From positions 1 through 27,486 of the IMG/VR virus record IMGVR_UViG_3300032247_000268: a DNA stretch of 27,486 nt; one strand, written 5' to 3'. The notes beneath the pieces are model-generated. The model was not told the DNA's origin. It ran no database searches and saw nothing but the letters and a program-made list of their open reading frames with translations. The translations under genes and the position numbers were made by a program. The stretch is from a virus. Its lineage: Duplodnaviria; Caudoviricetes. Positions 1 to 7,277 of the stretch are shown here, in pieces; position 1 is the stretch's first letter; the number at the start of each line of letters is the position of its first letter.

Positions 1-173
1 CGTTGTTCATTGTGGCAAATGTTTCCAATTACCCATTGTACAATTCAAACAATTCAATTGATGACATCATCCCATCCCGTGAAAATTACAACACCGGATT
101 GGTGTTGGACAATTGTTGGGGCAAACAGACGTTTGAACAACGTTTCCAAGGGGAAAACGGGTGCAATTGTTGA
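1..173 (+). CDS. C-terminal fragment of putative head-tail adaptor (continuation of gene starting at 27170)
   Basis: Frame from position 3 reads LFIVANVSNYPLYNSNNSIDDIIPSRENYNTGLVLDNCWGKQTFEQRFQGENGCNC to TGA at 171-173. It resembles the C-terminus of Bacteroidota phage connector proteins. Confidence 0.6.
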   Translation, partial: LFIVANVSNYPLYNSNNSIDDIIPSRENYNTGLVLDNCWGKQTFEQRFQGENGCNC

Positions 174-218
174 TTTGTATGCATAAAAAAAACCAAGATA
201 AAATAAAAAAGTTGTGGC

Positions 219-1043
219 ATGAAAAGTTGGAATTCAGTGAAAAAAGCGTTGTTGGAGTTTTCCCGGATTCATCCGTTGGTGAATTCGTTTGGAACGGGCC
301 GAATAACGGACACAAATTCCGCAAAAATCGTGAATTTCGTTGATGCAGATGTTGACCGGATATACTATCCATTGGTTTTTGCATCACCGGACAATGCCAC
401 GTTGAATTCCGGATATTGCCAATTGAATTGTGGTTTGTTTTTCATGGATAAAGTTGAGGAATTCCAAAAATTGGCGGATGGTCCAACCACGGCGGATGGT
501 GTTGATTTGCAACAATTACAACCGGATGAAATCATGTCGGACATGTTGCAATTGGCAACGGATTATGTTTCCCAATTTACCAACAATTATGATTTGGAAT
601 TGGTGGGTTCACCATCGGTGACATTTTTTGATGATGTATTTTCGGACCGGGTTGCCGGTTGCCGGGTTCAATTCAATTTAGCCATCCCATTTGGTCCAAG
701 TATTTGCGCCATTCCAAGTTCCACCGGTCCGTTTTGGTTTTATTACGGGGCAACGGAAACGGGAATCATTGGTGATTTTTGGGATGGGAATTCGTTTTCC
801 ATCCGGCCGGGAATTGAAATTGAAATTGATTCCTTTGATTCCGGTGCAACACAAAACATGTCATTGTGGTTTGCCATCCCATCAACCATTTCCGTGACCA
901 ATTGGCGACGTTCATTGATTGACCGGGGGTTGATATCCACATTGTTCAATTTAATTGATACAACAACCCACAATGGGGTTGTGTATGATGTTTATATTTC
1001 CAATTGGCAAACCAATGCCACAACCCAAATGACATTGTATTGA
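219..1043 (+). CDS. Putative tail terminator/completion protein with extra C-terminal domain
   Basis: 274 aa. The N-terminal ~165 aa (HPLVNSFGTG, YPLVF, SDMLQLATD, FSDRVAG, CAIP) resemble the protein following the adaptor in Bacteroidota phages. Called from position and motif recall. Confidence 0.5.
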   Translation: MKSWNSVKKALLEFSRIHPLVNSFGTGRITDTNSAKIVNFVDADVDRIYYPLVFASPDNATLNSGYCQLNCGLFFMDKVEEFQKLADGPTTADGVDLQQLQPDEIMSDMLQLATDYVSQFTNNYDLELVGSPSVTFFDDVFSDRVAGCRVQFNLAIPFGPSICAIPSSTGPFWFYYGATETGIIGDFWDGNSFSIRPGIEIEIDSFDSGATQNMSLWFAIPSTISVTNWRRSLIDRGLISTLFNLIDTTTHNGVVYDVYISNWQTNATTQMTLY

Positions 1044-1044
1044 C

Positions 1045-2718
1045 ATGATAAATTTGACCGACAATTTTAATTTAAACAAACCGGCCCATTTGGATGCCCG
1101 TGTTGGGCCGTGGGAATCGGTGAATGATGCAACAACCAATGTTCCATTTGACCAACGTGAAATTGGTTTGACCATTGTTGTTGATGATGGTTCCGGGGCC
1201 GTTGAATATTGGTGGAAAGAGGGTTTGAGCAATGGGGATTTGGAATTGAAAACATCCGGTGGTGGTGGTGGCGGTGTTGCATGGGGTGGAATTACCGGGA
1301 CATTATCAAATCAAACGGATTTGGACACGGCATTGACTAATTTGTCAAATGACATCACCACAATTGATGGGGAAATTGCCACAATTCAAAGTGAAATCAC
1401 CACAATTCAAGGTGATATTTCAACCATTCAATCAAACATCACCACCATTGATGGCCAAATTTCGGACATTGAAACGGCATTGGATGGGAAATTTGACAAC
1501 CCAACAGGAACAACGGCCCAATATTTGGATGGTGTTGGAACACCAACCGATTTTCCAACGACCGGACAATCCGGGACATTGGTTCGGGAAATCCGAAATC
1601 AAACCGGGGCAACATTGACAAAAGGAACGGCGGTGTATATTACAGGAGCATCCGGAAATAAAGCCGTTGTGTCAAAAGCCATTGCAACCGGTGACACGAC
1701 ATCCGCACAAACATTTGGATTGATTCAAGCGGATATACCAAACAACCAAAATGGATTTGTTGTGGTTCGGGGGGATTTGGCCGGTTTGAATACATCCGCA
1801 TTTACAGAGGGCGCACAATTGTATTTGAGTTCAACCACGGCCGGTGGATTGACCATGACAAAACAATACGCACCAAACCATTTGGTCTATATTGGTATTG
1901 TCACACGTGTCCATGTGAACCAAGGTTCAATAGAAGTGGCCATCCAAAATGGTTATGAATTGAACGAATTGCATGATGTTTCAGCACAAACACCAACCAA
2001 TCGGAATGGATTGTTTTTCAATTCAACAACCAATTTGTGGGAATCCCGTGCCATTGCCGGGGCGGATTTGCCATCCGGAATTGATGCAACAAAATTGGCA
2101 AATGGAAACGTTTCCAATGCGGAATTCCAAACATTGGATGGTGTGACATCATCAATTCAAACACAATTGAATTACAAAGAATCAACCATCACGGCCGGGA
2201 CAACATCACAATTTTTCCGTGGTGATAAAACATTCCAACCATTGCCAAAAGTAACATTCCCAACCCTACATTTTAGCGGTTCGGCATTGGCCGGGAATTT
2301 CGGAAATGGTGTTGAGGGTGTGATACAAACATTGTCAATTCCGGCAAATACATTGGCATCCGGTGACATCATCCGATTGGGGTTCATGTATTCGTTTTCC
2401 GGAAACGTTGGGACAAAATCACCACGAATAAGATTTGGAAATAACACCACAACCGGGAATTCCATTTTTATTCCGGCATCACAAGGGGCATCCGTTACAA
2501 ACATTCAAGGTGAATTGTTCATGATTGTGACATCATCAACCAATTTGCGGATTTGGTCAACAACAAGTGTGACCGGGTTTGGGACAACAACATCCGCATT
2601 GACAAACAACACAATTGATTTGACACAACCAATTCCATTTTCATTCAACGTAAATAAGGCAACCGGAACGGACACGGCAATTTTGGAATCGGTATTTATT
2701 GAAATTTTGAAACCATGA
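1045..2718 (+). CDS. Fibre/receptor-binding protein with trimeric coiled coil
   Basis: 557 aa, Thr/Gly/Ser-rich. Contains a GGGGGG linker, WGGITGTLSNQTDL motif, Ile heptads, an RNQTGATLTKGTAVYI domain and a beta-rich C-terminus. Lies just before the holin. Confidence 0.75.
   Translation: MINLTDNFNLNKPAHLDARVGPWESVNDATTNVPFDQREIGLTIVVDDGSGAVEYWWKEGLSNGDLELKTSGGGGGGVAWGGITGTLSNQTDLDTALTNLSNDITTIDGEIATIQSEITTIQGDISTIQSNITTIDGQISDIETALDGKFDNPTGTTAQYLDGVGTPTDFPTTGQSGTLVREIRNQTGATLTKGTAVYITGASGNKAVVSKAIATGDTTSAQTFGLIQADIPNNQNGFVVVRGDLAGLNTSAFTEGAQLYLSSTTAGGLTMTKQYAPNHLVYIGIVTRVHVNQGSIEVAIQNGYELNELHDVSAQTPTNRNGLFFNSTTNLWESRAIAGADLPSGIDATKLANGNVSNAEFQTLDGVTSSIQTQLNYKESTITAGTTSQFFRGDKTFQPLPKVTFPTLHFSGSALAGNFGNGVEGVIQTLSIPANTLASGDIIRLGFMYSFSGNVGTKSPRIRFGNNTTTGNSIFIPASQGASVTNIQGELFMIVTSSTNLRIWSTTSVTGFGTTTSALTNNTIDLTQPIPFSFNVNKATGTDTAILESVFIEILKP
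1354..1479 (+). repeat. Six degenerate 21-bp (heptad) coding repeats
   Basis: ITTIDGE IATIQSE ITTIQGD ISTIQSN ITTIDGQ ISDIETA; the DNA repeats cacaatt/caccatt with a 21-nt period. Confidence 0.85.
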
Positions 2719-2864
2719 TGAAAGTTTATGCAATTACATTGGTGGATGGTTCCACCGAATATGATTTGAATTTGGTGGATGCCATGTCATTGTATCAACC
2801 CGGATGCCGTTTGTGGGAATCCACCAATGGCGGTGTTTCATACTTTGAAATTGAACCATCATGA
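2715..2864 (+). CDS. Small hypothetical protein, 49 aa (below ORF-track cutoff)
   Basis: MMKVYAITLVDGSTEYDLNLVDAMSLYQPGCRLWESTNGGVSYFEIEPS. Fills the gap exactly, with ATGA overlaps to both neighbours. Confidence 0.75.
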   Translation: MMKVYAITLVDGSTEYDLNLVDAMSLYQPGCRLWESTNGGVSYFEIEPS

Positions 2865-3271
2865 AATCATGGATGATTCATTTGTGGATTGGAGTGGTGG
2901 CATTTTTATCACCATTGATTCCATTGGCATTGTTGGTGTCCACATTGATTGGTGTTGATTTTGTTTTTGGAATTTACAGGGCATACAAAAACGGGGATGA
3001 AATAAGTTCCCGGAAAATGGGGCATTCGATTTCAAAGATATTTTTGTACAACATGGCCGTTTTGTCGGTGTTCATGTTGGAAAAAATCATCATTGGGACC
3101 AATTTGGAGTTCACCAAAATTTGTGTTGGTGTGATTGCCATGGTTGAATTGAAATCCATTGATGAATCATTCAAATTGTTGTATGGGTTTTCAATTTATG
3201 AATCCATCATCAAAAATTTGAAACGTGGAATAAGTGAAACAAAACCCAATAAAAATGAAAAAAACAAATGA
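2861..3271 (+). CDS. Holin (phage holin 4-like)
   Basis: About three hydrophobic segments, D-x-x-x-GI..A.K.G..ISSRK...SISK...Y and ELKSIDE motifs, and a basic C-terminus. Confidence 0.8.
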   Translation: MKSWMIHLWIGVVAFLSPLIPLALLVSTLIGVDFVFGIYRAYKNGDEISSRKMGHSISKIFLYNMAVLSVFMLEKIIIGTNLEFTKICVGVIAMVELKSIDESFKLLYGFSIYESIIKNLKRGISETKPNKNEKNK

Positions 3272-3485
3272 AATGGGTGTTTTGGAACGTTTGAACGGAC
3301 CAACACCAAAATTTTTCAAAAAAGTTCAAACCATGGGAATCATTGCCGGTTCCGTTGGTGCAATGATTTTGGCATTTCCGGTTGGATTGCCCGTGGCTAT
3401 TGTGAATGTTGCCGGTTATTTGATTGCATGTGGCGGAATTATGGCCGGAACATCACAATTTGCGGTTGATGATTCAAAAAAATGA
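3255..3485 (+). CDS. Small two-TM membrane protein, possible second lysis protein
   Basis: PTPKFFKK followed by two hydrophobic helices, a pattern common in Bacteroidota phages. Start may be 3255 or 3273. Confidence 0.65.
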   Translation: MKKTNEMGVLERLNGPTPKFFKKVQTMGIIAGSVGAMILAFPVGLPVAIVNVAGYLIACGGIMAGTSQFAVDDSKK

Positions 3486-3595
3486 ACTATATTTGAAACG
3501 ATGAATTCCATTCATTGTTTTTGATTGATGGCCGTGGTTTTGCCATGGCCATTGTTTTTGTTTTGATAGTGTTTTTCATGTAGTTTTTTTTGGAG

Positions 3596-3629
3596 TGTGG
3601 CCAATTGTGAAATTCGCCACATTTTTTTT
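3596..3629 (+). terminator. Intrinsic terminator closing the late operon
   Basis: TGTGGCcAATT-GTGA-AATTcGCCACA stem with a GNRA loop, followed by T8. Confidence 0.8.
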
Positions 3630-3715
3630 GCCCGAAAAATCTTTGTTTTTGATGGTGTTTTGACACAATTTGCAAAAATCGCAAATCTTTTATTGAATTT
3701 ATTTTGTTCAAAGTA

Positions 3716-3745
3716 TTGCACAATTCATTTTGTGTGTTACCTTTG
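3716..3745 (+). promoter_or_regulatory. Bacteroidota-type housekeeping promoter (early)
   Basis: TTG (3716-3718), 19-nt spacer, TACCTTTG (3738-3745) matching the TAnnTTTG -7 consensus. Lies 24 nt before ATG 3770 in the largest intergenic gap. Confidence 0.75.
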
Positions 3746-3769
3746 TTTTATAGTTAAACAATCAAAACA

Positions 3770-4075
3770 ATGGAAAACACATTAAACAAACCAAATCAAA
3801 TTGTTGAAATCCCAACGTTGAATTCGTATGAACAATTCCAAAAAAACAGAAGTAAAGCGGATATGTTGGGAGAGGAACATTGCCCATGTTGTGGCAAATT
3901 ATTGTTGAATCCAAAATATTTTGTGCAATCAATTTATGGTGGTTGTATGTATCCCAAAAATGACAAAAAATTTTACAATGATGCATGGATTGTGGGCATT
4001 GGTTCGGAATGCAGAAAACAAATTCCATCGGAATATCTAATGACACAATCCGATTTGAAAGATTGCACAATCTAA
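3770..4075 (+). CDS. Hypothetical early protein, possible Zn-binding
   Basis: 101 aa with CPCCGK and a distal IGSEC motif; A-rich leader. Confidence 0.75.
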   Translation: MENTLNKPNQIVEIPTLNSYEQFQKNRSKADMLGEEHCPCCGKLLLNPKYFVQSIYGGCMYPKNDKKFYNDAWIVGIGSECRKQIPSEYLMTQSDLKDCTI

Positions 4076-4132
4076 AATCAAACAAATGGGGGGTGCGCAT
4101 CCACAACGCACAAAAAATCAAAAATCAAAAAC

Positions 4133-4318
4133 ATGAAAAAACAAATTGAAATCATGCATTTCCCAACACGAACGTTGGATGTGCGCACATTCCCAACCGA
4201 AAAAATGGCCCAACAACATTTCCGTGAATTTGCGGATTTCCACAACCTTGACATTGATGGTGACATGGCCGGTGGAATTGGATTCGATTACCGGGTAACA
4301 TTAACCGAAATTGATTGA
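4133..4318 (+). CDS. Hypothetical protein
   Basis: 61 aa with an ATCAAAAAC-ATG leader and genome-typical codon usage. Confidence 0.7.
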   Translation: MKKQIEIMHFPTRTLDVRTFPTEKMAQQHFREFADFHNLDIDGDMAGGIGFDYRVTLTEID

Positions 4319-4321
4319 ACC

Positions 4322-4477
4322 TTGAACCAAACACAAACAACCATTTGGGGATTGGCAACATTGTTCATTTTCCTAATCACCAAAAACCCATTTACCATGA
4401 TATACATGGTTTTCATTGGGGCCTACATTTCAAAACGTATTGCAGATAAAAAAACCAAAAGACATGAAAACAAATAA
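4322..4477 (+). CDS. Small membrane protein, 51 aa (TTG start)
   Basis: MNQTQTTIWGLATLFIFLITKNPFTMIYMVFIGAYISKRIADKKTKRHENK: hydrophobic hairpin with a basic tail; fills the intergenic gap. Confidence 0.55.
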   Translation: MNQTQTTIWGLATLFIFLITKNPFTMIYMVFIGAYISKRIADKKTKRHENK

Positions 4478-4802
4478 CATGAATATCCCAAATTTAAATT
4501 CGATTGGACATCATGATGGTGATTCCGGTTGGTCATTTACCATCAAACCATTGGATGGGAATTCGGTGTCAAATCACATGTTGTGGGATATTTACCACAT
4601 TGCCAAAAATTTTGATTGGTATTCGGATGAATCATTGTTGGATGAATTGAATTGGTCATTGAAGTATTGCAACGAATACACAACAACCATTGCCCATTCA
4701 CCAAAATTCACCATGGACATTGATGAAACGGAATTCACATTTGAATTCCAATTGAACCGAAACGAAAACAATTTTTTAATCACATTTAATTTCAAAAAAT
4801 GA
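4464..4802 (+). CDS. Hypothetical protein
   Basis: Open frame; ATG at 4464 or 4479 is preferred over TTG at 4416. Confidence 0.7.
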   Translation: MKTNNMNIPNLNSIGHHDGDSGWSFTIKPLDGNSVSNHMLWDIYHIAKNFDWYSDESLLDELNWSLKYCNEYTTTIAHSPKFTMDIDETEFTFEFQLNRNENNFLITFNFKK

Positions 4803-5014
4803 AAAGAGAAATCAACAAAATCCGGGTGGGCCGGAAAAAAATTCAACCCAACGTGTCCGATGCATTGGCCATTGATTTGGAATACAACCGGGTAAAAAAA
4901 GGTTATCGGATTGCAGATTTGCCAATCAGTCAACCCACATACCGAAAATGCATCATTAATGGGGTAATTTCGCCGGACAAATTAGAAGTCATCAAACATT
5001 TTTTGTTGGATTGA
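4799..5014 (+). CDS. Small basic protein, possible Cro/XRE-like HTH regulator
   Basis: RVKKGYRIADLPISQPTYRKCIING..PDKLEVI loosely fits the XRE pattern. Confidence 0.45.
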   Translation: MKREINKIRVGRKKIQPNVSDALAIDLEYNRVKKGYRIADLPISQPTYRKCIINGVISPDKLEVIKHFLLD

Positions 5015-5045
5015 TTTGGAAAAAAGAATTGAACAAATAAATTTG
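5015..5045 (+). promoter_or_regulatory. Bacteroidota-type housekeeping promoter
   Basis: TTTG (5015-5018), 19-nt spacer, TAAATTTG (5038-5045): a perfect consensus match 21 nt before ATG 5067. Confidence 0.8.
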
Positions 5046-5066
5046 CAAAACCAAAAAAACAATTTA

Positions 5067-5729
5067 ATGGAAAACACAATCAAATCATTGGCCAAATCAT
5101 TGGTCAAAGCACAATCCACCATTGCCGGGGCAATCATGGATTCAAACAACCCATTTTTCGGTTCCAAGTATGCGGATTTGGAATCCGTGACCATGGCAAT
5201 CAAAAAACCATTGGCGGAAAACGGGTTGGGATATGTTCAACGGGTTCACCGGGAAAACAATTTTGTTGGGGTTGAAACCATCATCATTCATGAATCCGGG
5301 GAAACATTTTCAAATGGTGTCACATGGGTTCCCGTTACCAAAAACGATGCCCACGGATTTGGGGCCGGTTTGACGTATGCCCGGCGGTATTCATTGGCAT
5401 CATGTTTTGGTGTTATTCAAACGGATGATGATGGCAATGGGGCCATTGGCAACACAACGGCAAATGCGCCCGTTTCAAAGGCCAAAACAAACCAAGGTGG
5501 CCCAAAGTATGGCAACACTAAAAACGAACCAACCACGGCCAAAAAAACGGATGATGTTCCGGTCAAAAGAAAACCAACACCGGAATTGACCAAACAGGTG
5601 ATTGAACGTTGGTTGGGTGGTGAATTGGATGTTGTGCAAAAAGCAAATGAATTCATTGAAGTGGACCAAACCATGATGGATGAATTTTACATTGCAACCG
5701 GTGTTGAATGGAGTTTAAAAACAAAATAA
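5067..5729 (+). CDS. erf: ERF-family single-strand annealing recombinase
   Basis: NPFFGSKYADL, HESGE, GFGAGLTYARRYSL and DDDGN hallmark motifs. Start moved to ATG 5067, downstream of the promoter. Confidence 0.92.
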   Translation: MENTIKSLAKSLVKAQSTIAGAIMDSNNPFFGSKYADLESVTMAIKKPLAENGLGYVQRVHRENNFVGVETIIIHESGETFSNGVTWVPVTKNDAHGFGAGLTYARRYSLASCFGVIQTDDDGNGAIGNTTANAPVSKAKTNQGGPKYGNTKNEPTTAKKTDDVPVKRKPTPELTKQVIERWLGGELDVVQKANEFIEVDQTMMDEFYIATGVEWSLKTK

Positions 5730-5739
5730 AATCAAAACA

Positions 5740-6123
5740 ATGGAAACACAAATCAAAAAAGTTGGTGAGGACATCAAAATTGTAATCACCATTAATGCAA
5801 TCGAATTGGCCAAAATGATTGGCCCATCACAAACGGAATTGTTTGAAATGGAAACCCAAATGGAATCAAAGGAAAACCCATTCAAATACATTCAAATTCA
5901 CACAAGATTTTTTATTCAAGATTTAATTAAAGAATTTGGAATCAATTGTTGGATTCAACGGGATGAACCAATTGTCAACAAATTACGATGGTTTCATACC
6001 ATTGCAGATGTTCCACAAATTTTCAAACGTTTTAGTGAAAATGGATGGATGGATGTTGAATACAACCAAAACAAAACCCGAATCATCCGTTTCAAATTTA
6101 ATGACAATGCCCAATGGACATGA
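5740..6123 (+). CDS. Hypothetical protein
   Basis: 127 aa with an ATCAAAACA-ATG leader. Confidence 0.75.
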   Translation: METQIKKVGEDIKIVITINAIELAKMIGPSQTELFEMETQMESKENPFKYIQIHTRFFIQDLIKEFGINCWIQRDEPIVNKLRWFHTIADVPQIFKRFSENGWMDVEYNQNKTRIIRFKFNDNAQWT

Positions 6124-6584
6124 TTATCACAACCGAAAAATTGTTGGATTCAATTTCCGGCAAATCATCCGTGAATGCATTAGCAGAGGCAATGACATTC
6201 AACATTCAAGAGGGCATTACCAACCCATTGGAATTCCGTGTCAAAGCAAAAATGGTGATTGATGCGTTGGAAAATGCAATCAAAATGACCAATGATGATG
6301 CCATGGTTGAACAAATGAAATATGGCAAACGTTCGGAAATGTTTGGGGCCGTGATTGATTCCGTGGAAACAGGTGTCAAATACGATTACCAATCCACCAA
6401 TTGCCCGGAATGGGAACGTTTTGATGAAATGGTCAAACACTATTCCGAATTAAAAAAGCAACGGGAAACGTTTTTGAAGTCATTGAAAGAACCATTAAAC
6501 ATCATCACCGATGATGGAGAAATTGTGACCATCAACCCACCAATCAAAAGTTCAACAACGGCATTGAAAATCACATTGAAATGA
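6120..6584 (+). CDS. Conserved hypothetical phage protein
   Basis: NPLE, ETGVKYDY, RETFLKSL and DGEIVTINPPIKSS pattern recalled from Bacteroidota phages near recombinases. Start 6114 or 6120 (ATGA overlap). Confidence 0.75.
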   Translation: MIITTEKLLDSISGKSSVNALAEAMTFNIQEGITNPLEFRVKAKMVIDALENAIKMTNDDAMVEQMKYGKRSEMFGAVIDSVETGVKYDYQSTNCPEWERFDEMVKHYSELKKQRETFLKSLKEPLNIITDDGEIVTINPPIKSSTTALKITLK

Positions 6585-6805
6585 CAACGGCAAAATGGAA
6601 AAAAATGGTGGATGATTATGATTTCATCCACCGGATTTTGAACAATGAATCCAATGGCAAAAAACACAATGATGGAATCATCCGAACCATTGAATTGTTT
6701 TTGGACAAACACAAAACCCAATTATTACAACCGGAATCCCATTCGATGTTGGTTGATTTGTCAACCCGGTTGCAACAAAAGTTCAACAACAAAAAATTCA
6801 ATTGA
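6581..6805 (+). CDS. Hypothetical protein
   Basis: 74 aa with overlap coupling at both ends. Confidence 0.7.
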   Translation: MTTAKWKKMVDDYDFIHRILNNESNGKKHNDGIIRTIELFLDKHKTQLLQPESHSMLVDLSTRLQQKFNNKKFN

Positions 6806-7017
6806 TGGCAATTTTGACAAAACCCGAAAAATCAAAATACAAACACGTTTATGTTGTACGTGCGCAAGGAAAATGGTATTACCAATCATCTATTTTTGTT
6901 GATGGCAAACATACAACCCGAAATTTTGACAATGAACATGATGCCGGTAAATGTGTTGACATGAATTTGATTGGCCGTGGATTGCAACCCGTGAACGTAT
7001 TAAAACCCAAAAAATGA
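6805..7017 (+). CDS. Stand-alone AP2-like DNA-binding protein
   Basis: SKYKHV....GKWYYQSSIFVDGK....FDNEHDAGKCVD matches the AP2 domain pattern (SKYKGV..GKW.A.I..GK...F..EEEAA.AYD). Confidence 0.7.
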   Translation: MAILTKPEKSKYKHVYVVRAQGKWYYQSSIFVDGKHTTRNFDNEHDAGKCVDMNLIGRGLQPVNVLKPKK

Positions 7018-7226
7018 ACTATAAACAACCACAACACGTTGAAGACATCGAATCATTGAAATGGCGGATGTCTTATTTGGAAAACCAATTGACCGGTGAA
7101 ATGAATGATGAACAATTTGCCATCCGGGATGAAATCAACCAAATCAAAATCACAATTTATCAATTCAACCATCCACCACAAAAACCGGATGATTCAAATT
7201 TTGAATGTTTTGGTTGTGGTTCCTAA
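7014..7226 (+). CDS. Small coiled-coil protein with terminal CxxCGS
   Basis: 70 aa ending KPDDSNFECFGCGS-stop. Confidence 0.75.
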   Translation: MNYKQPQHVEDIESLKWRMSYLENQLTGEMNDEQFAIRDEINQIKITIYQFNHPPQKPDDSNFECFGCGS

Positions 7227-7232
7227 AATCGG

Positions 7233-7264
7233 AAATGGTGTGTAAATTGCACACCATTTTTTTT
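7233..7264 (+). terminator. Intrinsic terminator before replication genes
   Basis: AAATGGTGTG-TAAATTG-CACACCATTT perfect 10-bp stem followed by a T-run. Confidence 0.75.
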
Positions 7265-7277
7265 CAAAATCAAAACA

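Noticed and set aside
161-343. 60-aa ORF (MHKKNQDKIKKLWHEK...)
   Set aside because: Mostly overlaps the 219-1043 gene out of frame, with no supporting motif; a short real peptide cannot be excluded.
1045-2718. Diversity-generating retroelement or invertible fibre cassette
   Set aside because: No reverse transcriptase, invertase or template repeat was seen.
3482-3583. Possible TGA-readthrough hydrophobic ORF after the lysis genes
   Set aside because: It needs readthrough at codon 5 although TGA is the dominant stop in this genome, and the T-rich spacer explains the hydrophobicity.
4799-5014. Lysogeny module
   Set aside because: Only a weak HTH; no integrase, divergent repressor or partition genes were seen.
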